A stretch of DNA of 64,000 bases from an uncultured Thermotogae bacterium. Lineage in GTDB: Bacteria > Bipolaricaulota > Bipolaricaulia > UBA7950 > UBA9294. The notes under the pieces are model-generated. The model saw only the letters and a list, made by a program, of their open reading frames with translations, did not search any database and had not been told where the DNA came from. Within the stretch, counting starts at the first letter, position 1; each line of letters begins with the position of its first letter. This document shows, piece by piece, positions 23,054 through 32,588 of this stretch. Position numbers and translations under genes: made by a program. The DNA lies in the NCBI GenBank assembly GCA_964523545.1, contig CAZFZM010000010.1, positions 1,350-65,349 on the forward strand, given 5' to 3'.

Positions 23054-26016
23054 GCATCGCCTCCGAGCACCGGCTCTTGGATGCGGCGAAGCTCCTCGAG
23101 CGGAATGTGGCAGGTTATCGCGTGTCCGGTCTCGGTTCGACGCCACGGCGGTTCCCGCTCGACGCAGATCGCCCCCAGCGTCCGTGGGCAGCGGGTGTGG
23201 AACGGACAGCCGCTCGGTCGGTCGATCGGACTCGGGATCTCCCCCTCGAGTCGAACGCGCGCGTGTGTCTCCGTCCGCCCGAGGGACGGAAACGCCGACA
23301 GGAGCGCCTCGGTGTACGGGTGGTACGGCGGCGCGAGCACCTCGCCGGTCGATCCGATCTCCATCAGCCGACCGAGATACAGGACGCCGATGCCGTCGGA
23401 GAGGTGCGAGACGACGGCCAGATCGTGGGTGATGAACAGATACGCCCCAACGCCGCCGGACTGCAGCTCGGCGAGCAGGTTGAGGATCCGCGCCTGGACC
23501 GACACGTCGAGAGAGGACGTCGCTTCGTCGAAGAGGACGAGTTCGGGGTCCGCGGCGACGGCCCTCGCGATCGCGACCCGCTGCTTCTCTCCGCCGGAGA
23601 GCTGAGCCGGGAGGCGCGAAGCGTACGACGCGGAAAGCCCGACCCGCTCGAGCATCCGGAGGACCTCGGACCGCGCCTCGGACCGGCGGAGTCCGCCCAG
23701 GGTGATCAGCGGGCGCGCCAGCGCGGCGCCGACGGACGAGTGCGGGTTGAGCGCCTGGTCCGGGTCCTGCGAGACCGCCTGGAGCCGTTTGAGCGTTCCG
23801 CGCTTTCGGCCCCGGAGCGTCGGCGGAAGCTCTTCGCCGTCGAGTCGGATCGACCCCGCACGGCGCGCCTCGAGGCCGAGGATCGTCCTGGCGAGCGTCG
23901 TCTTTCCGCTCCCGCTCTCCCCAACCAGTCCGAGCGTTTGACCTTCATCGATCGACAGGGTGACGCCGTCGACGGCGCGGACGACGAGCCGGCCTCTCCG
24001 CCGGAGGATCTCGATCAACGACCGCGGGATCGGGAAGACCGTCTCGACGTCCTCGGCACTGACCACGACCCTTCGCTTCCAACCGCGGTCCTCAGCCGCG
24101 GCGTCCACGCTCCGCGGCGCGGCCTGCGGCGCCCCGATCTCGGTCCATCGATGGCAACGGATCGTGCGATCCCCCTCGATCACCTCGATCGGCGGCCTCT
24201 CTTCGCAGGCCTCGGCCGTCCACGGACAGCGGGGCCGGAAGACGCAGCCGGTCGGGATCGCGTCGAGGGCGGGGATCGAGCCGTCCATCGACGTGAGCGC
24301 TCCCCTTCTCGCCTCCAGCCTCGGCAGGCTGGCCAACAGACCGCGCGTGTACGGGTGGCGCGGAGCATGAAGGAGCCCGTCCGTCGGGCCGGTCTCGACG
24401 AGCTCCCCGGCGTAGAGGACGGCGACCCGGGTGGCGACGCGCGAGACGACGCCGAGGTCGTGGGTGATGTAGAGACTCGCCCGATCCCCCGACTCGAGGA
24501 GCTCGGAGACGAGATCGAGGATCGCCGCCTCCGTCGTCACATCGAGACCGGTCGTCGGCTCGTCGAAGAGGAGGAACCGCGGCGACGTCGACAGACCCAT
24601 CGCGATCATGACGCGCTGCTGCATCCCCCCCGAGAGTTGATGCGGATATCGACGAGCGACCCGCTCCGGATCCGCGATCCGGACGCGACGGAAGAGCTCG
24701 ATCGCGGAGGCCCGCGCCGTGCCGGTCGACTCCCCGGCGTGTCGCCGGACGATCTCGGCGACCTGCTCTCCGACCCGGATCGACGGGTTGAGCGAGGCGA
24801 GCGGATCCTGCGGGACGAGCGCGATCTGCACGCCGCGGATCTCCTGCAGGTCCCGGGGCGAAAGGCCGAGCAGGTCTCTCCCGTCAAAGCGGATCCACCC
24901 GGTGCGGACCGCCCCGTTGGCGGCCAGGTACTGGGCGACGGCGAGGGCGAGCGTCGATTTCCCCGACCCGGACTCGCCGACCAGGCCGAGCGTCTCGCCA
25001 GGAAGGGCCTCGAGGGAGACGTCGCGGACCGCGTCGAGCCATCGACCGTCCTGAAAATAGGAGACGGTCACGCCGTCGAGCGAGACGAGCGCGCCCTCGG
25101 AACCTCCGTGCGCTCCGGCCGTTCCTTGGGCCGTCCTCCGAGCGCGGACGATCCGGCGACGGGCGCGCGGAGACAGCTCCTCGGTCGACGGGCGAAGCGC
25201 CCGCTTCAGGCCGTCGGCGGTCAGGTTGACTCCGATGACGAGCAGCGAGATCGCACCGACCGGGAAGTAGAGCGACCACGGGGTGAGCCGGATGTAGGTC
25301 CTCGCCTCCTTGACCATCAGCCCCCAGTCCGGGCTCGGCGGCTGCACCCCGACGCCGAGGAAGCCGAGCGACGCAACGAGGAAGATCCCGTACGAGAATC
25401 GGAGCGCCGCTTCGACCGACAGCGCCGGCAGGACCGAGGGGAGGATCTCGCGAAGGAGGATCCGGGGAAGACGCTCTCCCTGGAGGCGCGCGGTCTCGAC
25501 GAACCCCTGCGACTTGATCGCCAGGGTTTCGCTCCGCACGACGCGGGCGACGATCGGCGTGTAGACGACCGCGATGACCGCGAGGACGGACGTGCGGGAC
25601 GGCCCAACGGTCCCGAGAAGGACGAGGGCGAGCAACAGGGCGGGGATCGCGAGGACGGAGTCGAAGACGCGCATCAACAGCTCGTCGAACCACCCGCCGA
25701 GATACCCGGAGAGCAGCCCGAAAAGGGTCCCGGCTCCCACGGCCAAGAGGGCGCCGAGGCCGGTCAGCGAGAGGATGCTGCGGGCGCCGTGGACGATCCG
25801 GCTGAAGACGTCGCGCCCGAGGTGATCGGTGCCGAACCAGTGCGCCGTCGACGGCGGCTGTCGCGCGTCCGCGTAGATCTGCTCGGTCGGCCCGTAGGGG
25901 GCGATCCACGGGGCGAGGATCGCCAGGAGGATGAAAAGGAGGACGACCGTCGTCCCGAACGCCGGGGCCGGCCGTCGAAACAAGTCACGAACCGTCGATG
26001 GAACCCGTCGGTTCAC
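23050..26016 (-). CDS. Triple fusion: DppC/OppC-like permease + two ABC ATPase domains (DppD- and DppF-like)
   Basis: One uninterrupted frame. Permease (WFGTDHLGRDVFSR, NLTADGLKRAL). ATPase 1 (GLVGESGSGKSTLA, LSGGMQQRV, LLFDEPTTGLD). ATPase 2 (GLVGESGSGKTTLA, LSGGEKQRV, VLFDEATSSLD). Start uncertain: GTG 26016 (VNRRVPSTVRDLF) or GTG 26136. Confidence 0.8.
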   Translation of the reverse strand: MNRRVPSTVRDLFRRPAPAFGTTVVLLFILLAILAPWIAPYGPTEQIYADARQPPSTAHWFGTDHLGRDVFSRIVHGARSILSLTGLGALLAVGAGTLFGLLSGYLGGWFDELLMRVFDSVLAIPALLLALVLLGTVGPSRTSVLAVIAVVYTPIVARVVRSETLAIKSQGFVETARLQGERLPRILLREILPSVLPALSVEAALRFSYGIFLVASLGFLGVGVQPPSPDWGLMVKEARTYIRLTPWSLYFPVGAISLLVIGVNLTADGLKRALRPSTEELSPRARRRIVRARRTAQGTAGAHGGSEGALVSLDGVTVSYFQDGRWLDAVRDVSLEALPGETLGLVGESGSGKSTLALAVAQYLAANGAVRTGWIRFDGRDLLGLSPRDLQEIRGVQIALVPQDPLASLNPSIRVGEQVAEIVRRHAGESTGTARASAIELFRRVRIADPERVARRYPHQLSGGMQQRVMIAMGLSTSPRFLLFDEPTTGLDVTTEAAILDLVSELLESGDRASLYITHDLGVVSRVATRVAVLYAGELVETGPTDGLLHAPRHPYTRGLLASLPRLEARRGALTSMDGSIPALDAIPTGCVFRPRCPWTAEACEERPPIEVIEGDRTIRCHRWTEIGAPQAAPRSVDAAAEDRGWKRRVVVSAEDVETVFPIPRSLIEILRRRGRLVVRAVDGVTLSIDEGQTLGLVGESGSGKTTLARTILGLEARRAGSIRLDGEELPPTLRGRKRGTLKRLQAVSQDPDQALNPHSSVGAALARPLITLGGLRRSEARSEVLRMLERVGLSASYASRLPAQLSGGEKQRVAIARAVAADPELVLFDEATSSLDVSVQARILNLLAELQSGGVGAYLFITHDLAVVSHLSDGIGVLYLGRLMEIGSTGEVLAPPYHPYTEALLSAFPSLGRTETHARVRLEGEIPSPIDRPSGCPFHTRCPRTLGAICVEREPPWRRTETGHAITCHIPLEELRRIQEPVLGGDA

Positions 26017-26137
26017 CGTACACCAGTCCACGCAACTCTCGTCCGCACGAAGAAAAGTATAGACGGATCTCCTCGGTCTCGTTCGTTTGGTCAGCCGAAA
26101 CGGTACAACACCGGATGTCGCCGGCAACCCAACCACA

Positions 26138-26166
26138 CGAAGGAGGAGGTCAACCCTCCTCCTTCG
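26138..26166 (-). promoter_or_regulatory. Intercistronic 12-bp perfect hairpin between the SBP gene and the permease/ATPase gene
   Basis: CGAAGGAGGAGG-TCAAC-CCTCCTCCTTCG (26138-49/26155-66). No clear U tract. A candidate mRNA-stabilising or attenuating element of the kind often found after SBP genes. Confidence 0.5.
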
Positions 26167-26306
26167 AGTTCGCGCCGAAGAGCCAGCGGCTCACCCGTAC
26201 ACGAGGCGGCATCAGACCCCGCCGGCTCGCATCCCGGACGAAGCAAGAGGCTCTGCCTCCTGCTTCGTGTACGCGAAGGACGGTCTGTAACCGTCCTTCG
26301 CGCTGC

Positions 26307-27800
26307 CTACTTCTCGTAGACCAGCCGGAAGTCGGTCCGACCCGGGAACGCCTTCAATTCCAGCCCGTCGAACCGATCGGAGTACGCGGCGACCGCGGCG
26401 AAGAAGTACGGGATGATAACCGGCCCGCGCTCGATCAGGATCCGCTGGATCTCGGAGTAGGCGGCGACCCGCTCCGCCTCGTCGAGCGTCGTCCCGGCGG
26501 TCTGGGCGAGCGCGTCGAACTCGGCGTCGCAGAAGCGCGACTCGTTCCACGCCGCGTCGCAGGTCAGCATCGAGTTCATGTAGAACTGCGGATACGGGCG
26601 CGACCCCCAGCCGGTGATTCCCAGTTCCTCGTCCATCCAGTGGTTCTCGCCGTAGTAGACGGACTCCGGCTCGACGATGACGTTGACGGTGATCCCGGCG
26701 TCGGCCCACTGTTCCTTCAGGACGACCGCGAGATCGGGTCGGCCGCCGGTGTCCGGTGTGTAGAGGTCGATCGTCAGCCCGTCCGGATAGCCGGCGTTGG
26801 TCAGGATGTCACGCGCTGCGTCCGGGTCCCGTGCCAGGATGGGCGTCGATTCGTCGTAGTAGTCGGCGTACAGCGGGCCGATCGGACTGTCCCGCCCGAC
26901 GGCGCCGAGACCGAGCTGGACGATCTGGAAGATCGCCTCCCGGTCGGTCGCCAGCTTCATCGCCTCGAGGACGGCCGGGTCGTTCCCGGGCGGCATGTCG
27001 GAGCGGAGGCGGACGAGATCGAACCCGTTCGTCGGGACGTCGACGGCGACGATTCCCGGCTCGCCCTGCAGCGTCAGAAAGAGCGCCGAGGACATACGCC
27101 ACGCCATGTCGACCTGTCCGCCGCGCAGCGCGTCGACGGCCGCGACCTGGTCGCCGAAGAAGATGAACTCCAGGCGATCGAGCGCAGGCAGCCCTTCGAG
27201 GAAGTAGTCCGGGTTCGCTCGCATGACGATCCGATCCTCAGGACGGTAGTCCTCGACGATGAACGGCCCGGTCCCGTTGAACGTCGAGAAGTCGGTCGTT
27301 CCGCGCTTCACAACGAGCGCGTGATTGTCGCTCAGGTCGTAGAGGAAGAACGGGTTCGGCTCCGCCAGGCGGAACGTCACCTCGTTCGGACCGGTGACGT
27401 CGATCCGCTCGATGTTCGCGTAGACGGACTCCGTCGCGAAGCCGTTGGCCGGGTCGCGGAGCCGATCGAACGTCCAGACCACGTCACCGGGAACGAAGGC
27501 GCTCCCGTCGTGGAACCGAATCCCCTCGGCAAGGACGAACGTGTACTCCGTCCCATCGGTGCTAACCAGCCAAGACTGGGCCAGTCGCGGAACGACGCGA
27601 CTGCCGGCGTCGACGTCGACGAGGTAGTCGTAGACCGCGTTCGCCACGGCGACCTCGGCGTCCGACGAGATCAGCGCCGGATCGATCTGCACGATCGGCT
27701 GCATCGCGGCGCGGAAGACCGACTGGCCGAGCGTCGCTCCCGAAGCCGTCGCCAGGAGCGCGGCAGCCAGAAGCAACACCAAAACAGATTTTTCGCGCAT
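26307..27800 (-). CDS. ABC substrate-binding protein, family 5 (oligopeptide/dipeptide/nickel type)
   Basis: Signal peptide MREKSVLVLLLAAALLATASGATLG. Family-5 SBP body (WLVSTDGTEYTFVLAEGIRFHDG). GGAGGAG RBS. Confidence 0.85.
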   Translation of the reverse strand: MREKSVLVLLLAAALLATASGATLGQSVFRAAMQPIVQIDPALISSDAEVAVANAVYDYLVDVDAGSRVVPRLAQSWLVSTDGTEYTFVLAEGIRFHDGSAFVPGDVVWTFDRLRDPANGFATESVYANIERIDVTGPNEVTFRLAEPNPFFLYDLSDNHALVVKRGTTDFSTFNGTGPFIVEDYRPEDRIVMRANPDYFLEGLPALDRLEFIFFGDQVAAVDALRGGQVDMAWRMSSALFLTLQGEPGIVAVDVPTNGFDLVRLRSDMPPGNDPAVLEAMKLATDREAIFQIVQLGLGAVGRDSPIGPLYADYYDESTPILARDPDAARDILTNAGYPDGLTIDLYTPDTGGRPDLAVVLKEQWADAGITVNVIVEPESVYYGENHWMDEELGITGWGSRPYPQFYMNSMLTCDAAWNESRFCDAEFDALAQTAGTTLDEAERVAAYSEIQRILIERGPVIIPYFFAAVAAYSDRFDGLELKAFPGRTDFRLVYEK

Positions 27801-28029
27801 GCTGACTCCTCCTTCGATGCGTGTTCGCCGTCCACGCGAGACGGCAGCTAAACTTGATTCGACAGTCTTCTCTACGCTCAGCCTAACAGAGTCCCGCCGA
27901 TTCGATCAAGGTCGCGGCCGAACCGTCCACACATCGAACGGTCATCGGACGGGTCGAGAATCGGTTTCGATCACGGAGGCAGAGGATCCCATGGAATCGA
28001 AGCGAGCGCCGAGGAATCGAGCGTCGTCT

Positions 28030-29466
28030 TCAGATTCGATGGACCTTGATGAAGTTCGTCGTTCCTTCGTTTCCGGCCGGGATCCCGCCGGTAACGACGA
28101 CCGCGTCGCCGGGGCGGGCCTCGCCGCGCTCGACGAGGAGCCTTCCGACCGTCTCCAGCATCTCGTCGGTCGAACGGTGGGGGGGGACGAGGACCGGGGT
28201 GATCCCCCAGACGAGGGCGAGTCGGCGGAGCGTCGACTCCCGCGGCGTGAACGCGACGATCGGGCGCATCGGGCGCTCCCGCGCGACCTGTCGCGCCGTG
28301 TAGCCGCTCCACGTCGACGTGACGATCAGCGACGCGTCGATCTCGCGGGCGACGCGTACGGTCGCCCGACCGATGGCGTCGGTGACCGGGTGCGTGTGCT
28401 CGATCGGGTCGGAGGGCCCGTCCTCCTCCCGGTGGATCATCTCCCGCTCGACGATCGCCGAGATCTCCCGGACCATCGCCACGGCCTCGACCGGGTACCG
28501 CCCCACGGCCGTCTCGGCCGAGAGCATCACCGCATCGGAGCCGTCGAGGATCGCGTTCGCCACGTCGCTCGCCTCGGCGCGCGTCGGCCGCGGGCTCTCG
28601 ACCATCGACTGGAGCATCTGCGTCGCGGTGATCACCGGGATCCCCAGCCGGTTGCAGCGCCGGATGATTTCTTTCTGAAGGATCGGGACCCGCTGCGGCG
28701 AGGTCTCCACGCCGAGGTCGCCACGGGCGACCATCACCGCGTCGGAGGCGCGGAGGATCCCCGGCAGGTGATCGAGTGCCTCGCGCTTCTCGATCTTGGC
28801 CACGATCCCGACGTCGCCGCCCAACGCGCACTCGTCGAGCAGCTCTCGAAGCTCGCGGAGGTCCTCGGCGGTGCGGACGAACGAGAGGGCGACGAAATCG
28901 GCTCCCGCCTCGACGGCGAATCGCGCGTCCTCTCGGTCCTTCTCCGTCAGAACGGCGACCTTCGACGTCCCGCCCGGCGCGGCGATTCCCTTTCGGGACT
29001 GCAGATCGCCACCGACGATAACCCGCCCGATCAGCACGTCCGGCCGGACTTCGCGAATCTCGACCTCGATCGTGCCGTCGTCGAGGAGGACGCGATCGGC
29101 CGTGTGTGCCCCGGCGATCAGCTCCGCATGCGGAAGGGGGACGACGTGATCGGTCCCGTCGGACTCCAGCGTCGAGAGTGCGATCCAGTCGCCGGGAGAG
29201 AGGTCGATCGGGGCGGCCAGCCGGCCGATTCGAAGCTTCGGTCCCTGGAGGTCGGCCATCACCGCGACAACGGCGTCTTCTTCCTCCGCGACCTCGCGGA
29301 CGACGCGGATCGCCTCCTCGTGAGCCTCCCGCGTTCCGTGCGAGAGGTTGATCCGCGCCACGTCCATCCCGGCGCGGATCAGCGCGCGAACGGTCGCTCG
29401 ATCGCTCGATGCGGGGCCGATCGTGCAGACGATCTTCGTCTTCGTCTCCGACGCGCGGCTGACCAT
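28030..29466 (-). CDS. pyk: Pyruvate kinase
   Basis: TKIVCTIGPAS, MDVARINLSHG, QGPKLRIG, MVARGDLGVE. Full length, 478 aa. Confidence 0.95.
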   Translation of the reverse strand: MVSRASETKTKIVCTIGPASSDRATVRALIRAGMDVARINLSHGTREAHEEAIRVVREVAEEEDAVVAVMADLQGPKLRIGRLAAPIDLSPGDWIALSTLESDGTDHVVPLPHAELIAGAHTADRVLLDDGTIEVEIREVRPDVLIGRVIVGGDLQSRKGIAAPGGTSKVAVLTEKDREDARFAVEAGADFVALSFVRTAEDLRELRELLDECALGGDVGIVAKIEKREALDHLPGILRASDAVMVARGDLGVETSPQRVPILQKEIIRRCNRLGIPVITATQMLQSMVESPRPTRAEASDVANAILDGSDAVMLSAETAVGRYPVEAVAMVREISAIVEREMIHREEDGPSDPIEHTHPVTDAIGRATVRVAREIDASLIVTSTWSGYTARQVARERPMRPIVAFTPRESTLRRLALVWGITPVLVPPHRSTDEMLETVGRLLVERGEARPGDAVVVTGGIPAGNEGTTNFIKVHRI

Positions 29467-29468
29467 CC

Positions 29469-30326
29469 CTACGTCCCCGCTCCGGGGGTGAACCGGTAGA
29501 ACGCCGCGTCGGCCACGGGGCGAAACCCGATCCGCTGGTAGATCTTGTTCGACGTGGGGTTCGCCAGATCGGCATACAGGGTGCAGAACGCGTTCCCCTC
29601 ATCGAGCAGCTTCTGGCAGAGCGCCGCGACGCAGGCCGAAGCGTACCCTTTCCCTCGATGCTCCGGCGGCGTGTAGACCGCGCTGACCGTGGCGCCGTTC
29701 TCCGTTCCCCGCGAACTGCCGGCCATAGACACCGGGCCGTCGTGGTCCCAGACGGTCATCGTCCCCGACTCCATGAACCGAAGTGCGTTCTCGCGGGGAT
29801 CGCTCGGCGGATCGCCGGGGGCCGCTTCTTCGTGGAATCCGAGCATCCACTCCGAGACGAGGTCCACGTCCTCGTCTCGAGCCAAACGCATCCGACCGGG
29901 AACGTCGCTCGGCGGATCGACCTCGCGCAATACGTAGACGCGCATTCGCATCCCGACCTCCGCCCGTCCGGTCGACCGGTCCGTCCACCGGTCCGCGAAC
30001 GCGGCGGCCGCCCGGGCCTCCCCGTTCACCCCGGGAAGCTGGGGGTCTGCGTTCAGGAGGTAATCGACGAGCGGGTCGAGTGCGTCGAGGCGGTCTTCGG
30101 CGCAGGTTACGACCAGAGGAAACGGAGGCGTCCGGATGGCTGCCGCGACGAGCGTCCCGCCCTCTTCGACGGTCAGGAAATACGGCGGTTCGTCCCCGTA
30201 GGAGCGGCCGCGCCGCACCCGATCCGCGACGCCGAGTATCAGGTTGTTCTTCGCCTCGTCTTTCAGCAACGGTTTCTCGGCCACATCGAGAAACCCGCTC
30301 GCGTTTGCGTAGGCTGTCACCTTCAT
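29469..30326 (-). CDS. GNAT-family acetyltransferase (two-domain)
   Basis: C-terminal GNAT motif PPEHRGKGYASACVAALCQKLL. The N-terminal domain is of the kind seen in Eis/YitH-like GNATs. ATGA overlap with the upstream CYTH gene. Confidence 0.65.
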   Translation of the reverse strand: MKVTAYANASGFLDVAEKPLLKDEAKNNLILGVADRVRRGRSYGDEPPYFLTVEEGGTLVAAAIRTPPFPLVVTCAEDRLDALDPLVDYLLNADPQLPGVNGEARAAAAFADRWTDRSTGRAEVGMRMRVYVLREVDPPSDVPGRMRLARDEDVDLVSEWMLGFHEEAAPGDPPSDPRENALRFMESGTMTVWDHDGPVSMAGSSRGTENGATVSAVYTPPEHRGKGYASACVAALCQKLLDEGNAFCTLYADLANPTSNKIYQRIGFRPVADAAFYRFTPGAGT

Positions 30327-30841
30327 GATCGGACTCCCTCCAGCAGGTCGATGTACGCGCCGCGCACGCGATCATCGTTCTCGACCCCCAACTTGGCCAA
30401 CAGCCTCTCCGCGACGGCCCGCCCCTCCTCGGGCGATTCGCCCTCGTCGAGGACGACCTCCAGCTCCATGAACGTGCCGAGTCCCTCGACCTCGTCGAGG
30501 TGAACGCGCGTACGACCGACACGGTAGAGGAACCGGCGCTTGCCGACCACCCCCCGCACCTTCAGGACGGCCGAGAGAAGCTCCAGAAACGCCTCGGGAT
30601 CGGAGGAACGGACGACGAAGTACTCGGACAACTTTGCCTCCGCGTCGTCCGGTCGCTCGTAGTAGATCAGCTCGCAATCATCGGCTCCGAGAACGCGGAG
30701 CTTCAGCCGGCCGCGCGGGACGACGAAGAACGTGTCCCTTTGATCGAGGACCTCCACGGCCGTGTCGCTCATCGACTCGACGCGCCGGCGAAACGTGCCG
30801 GTGTCCCGAACCCGTGCCTTGACCTCAATGTTCCGCGCCAT
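30323..30841 (-). CDS. CYTH-domain protein (class IV adenylate cyclase / triphosphate tunnel metalloenzyme)
   Basis: Track ORF 30323..31195 trimmed to ATG 30841. MARNIEVKARV (ExExK), RLKLRV, VHLDEVEGLGTFMELEV. Confidence 0.75.
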   Translation of the reverse strand: MARNIEVKARVRDTGTFRRRVESMSDTAVEVLDQRDTFFVVPRGRLKLRVLGADDCELIYYERPDDAEAKLSEYFVVRSSDPEAFLELLSAVLKVRGVVGKRRFLYRVGRTRVHLDEVEGLGTFMELEVVLDEGESPEEGRAVAERLLAKLGVENDDRVRGAYIDLLEGVRS

Positions 30842-31574
30842 CGAACGCCTCCCACCCCGCGAGGACTCGGTCGAACGCCGCACGGAGTGGGGGTGCGACC
30901 GCCTCGCGCTCCGGGTCCTCTCGCCAATGGAGCCCCAGGGGGGGTTCCGTCCCGTACGGCGTGAACCGTAACGCGGTGTGCTCGAGGTAGAACCGCGCTT
31001 CGTTCTGCCGCGGAGCCGCGCCGTACAGCCAATCGCCGACCAACGGCACGCCGAGATGCGCCATCGTCGCGCGGATCTGATGATACCGTCCGGTGTGGAG
31101 CCGGAGGAGGGCGTGTGCCTCGTTGTCTCGACCCGTAGCGGGAGCCACGGCGAGGACCTCGGTGATCGCCCGTTTCCCGCCGCTTCGGACGACACTCGCC
31201 CGGCCGTCCCGCGTACGAAGATGAACCACGTGCAGCCCGACGAGTTCCTCTACAAGTGACCCGTGCAGCCGCGCCAGATAGATCTTTTCCCACGCGCCGG
31301 CCCGAAGCCGCTCGTTGTGGAATCGGATCGCGTCGTCTGAGAGGGCGAGGACGACGATCCCGCGGGTCACCCGGTCGAGCCGGTGTGGAAGCTTCGGCGT
31401 CACGCCGCTCGGGGCGACGGCTCGAACACGGGAGACCAGCGAAGCTCCCTTTGGATCGCTGGTCAGCTCGGTCGCCATTCCGGCCGGCTTGACCACGGCG
31501 AGCTCGTGGTCGCTGGCGTACAAAACCGGCAGTCCGAGCCGCTCCCAACCCGCGACAGGTCCATCGATTCTCAC
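30825..31574 (-). CDS. RluA-family pseudouridine synthase
   Basis: Catalytic motif HRLDRVTRGIVVLA. LRLHTGRYHQIRA. Confidence 0.85.
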   Translation of the reverse strand: MRIDGPVAGWERLGLPVLYASDHELAVVKPAGMATELTSDPKGASLVSRVRAVAPSGVTPKLPHRLDRVTRGIVVLALSDDAIRFHNERLRAGAWEKIYLARLHGSLVEELVGLHVVHLRTRDGRASVVRSGGKRAITEVLAVAPATGRDNEAHALLRLHTGRYHQIRATMAHLGVPLVGDWLYGAAPRQNEARFYLEHTALRFTPYGTEPPLGLHWREDPEREAVAPPLRAAFDRVLAGWEAFDGAEH

Positions 31575-31710
31575 GTACGTTGCACCTCCGGACGTGGTGT
31601 TGCACGCAAGTCTACCGCGCGATTCCTGGCGGGGTCGCGTAGACGAAGGAGCTGCGGCTCCTGTGCCGGCTTATGACGATTCCGCAAAGGACGGTGGTTC
31701 CTCGTCCACC

Positions 31711-31736
31711 GAGAGAAGCAGCTCGCTGCTTCTCTT
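31711..31736 (-). terminator. Stem-loop 12 nt after the metal-ABC operon (no U tract)
   Basis: GAGAGAAGCAG-CTCG-CTGCTTCTCTT, 11-bp stem with a tetraloop. The function as a terminator is inferred only from position. Confidence 0.35.
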
Positions 31737-31747
31737 CCGTGGCCCCG

Positions 31748-32578
31748 TCAGGAGCCACGCGAGGCGCGCCGCCGGCGCTTCGGAGAAAGGGCGATCGAGC
31801 CGAAGAAGACCGCCGCGCAGCAGAGCGCGATCGACGCCCCGATCGGCAGATCCACCCCCAGCGAGAGGAGAAACCCCGACAACGAAGCGAGAACCCCCAA
31901 CAGCGGCGCGATCAGGAAGACCTTCTTGATGTCGTACGCCCACTGGAACGCCGCGGAGGCCGGAAGGATCATCAACGCGTAGATCAGGAGTCCGCCGGTC
32001 ACACGGAGGGAGACGGCGACGACGATCGCGACGAGAAACAGCAGAACGTAGAACGCTCGCGTCGTGTTGACACCCGAGGCCGCGGCGAGCTTCCGATCGA
32101 GCAGCAACGCGAAGAATGCCCTGCCGAACAGGACGAGGACGCCGAGCGTCGCCACGAAGACCCCCGCGAGGACGTACACCTGCTCCGTCGTAATGCCGAG
32201 CACGCTCCCCCACAGCAGGGACAGGGCGCCGCTCCCGATCCCCGCGCTCGGCGCCTTGCTGATGAAGATCAGCCCGAGGGCCATCGTCAGGGGGAAGGTC
32301 GCTCCGACGACGGTGTCGACCTGGAGCCTGGAGAGATCCGCGACCGGGCCGAGGACGGCCGCCATCAGCACGGCGAACAGGATCGCCGTCCAGATCGGAT
32401 CCATCGCGGAGATCATCAGGCCGAGCGCGGCGCCGGCGAACGCGGCGTGAGACATCGCGAAGCCGAGCGACGAGAGCTTCATCCGCACGACGAACGTCCC
32501 GATCGAGCTGCACATCGCTCCGACGAGGAGGCTCCCCAGCAGGGTCGGCAGGACGATGTGCCAAGGGAGTCCGAACAT
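31748..32578 (-). CDS. Metal ABC transporter permease (ZnuB/TroD/MntB family)
   Basis: Track ORF 31748..32836 trimmed to ATG 32578 (AGGAG RBS). MFGLPWHIVLPTLLGSLLVGAMCSSIGTFVVRMKLSSLGFAMSHAAFAG. Confidence 0.85.
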   Translation of the reverse strand: MFGLPWHIVLPTLLGSLLVGAMCSSIGTFVVRMKLSSLGFAMSHAAFAGAALGLMISAMDPIWTAILFAVLMAAVLGPVADLSRLQVDTVVGATFPLTMALGLIFISKAPSAGIGSGALSLLWGSVLGITTEQVYVLAGVFVATLGVLVLFGRAFFALLLDRKLAAASGVNTTRAFYVLLFLVAIVVAVSLRVTGGLLIYALMILPASAAFQWAYDIKKVFLIAPLLGVLASLSGFLLSLGVDLPIGASIALCCAAVFFGSIALSPKRRRRASRGS

Positions 32579-32588
32579 CGCGAGGCTC

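Noticed and set aside
23077-26319. 1080-aa plus-strand ORF, and similar giants at 25998..27851, 27799..29499, 27971..29602, 13268..14941, 13350..14798, 3657..5024, 16942..18174, 55503..57275, 59514..60713, 62565..63851 and 53051..54586
   Set aside because: These ORFs have Arg/Pro/Gly/Asp-rich low-complexity translations with no motifs. Each lies antisense or off-frame to a gene with clear family signatures (ABC, pyk, dinB, atp and others). They are typical open-frame shadows of GC-rich DNA.
31711-31736. The hairpin arms AGAAGCAG/CTGCTTCT after the nickel operon are identical to the arms of the first hairpin of the aromatic leader (35279-86/35324-31), which suggested a repeat family
   Set aside because: Only an 8-mer is shared and the loops and flanks are unrelated. 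I saw no further copies in the window, so this is probably coincidence.
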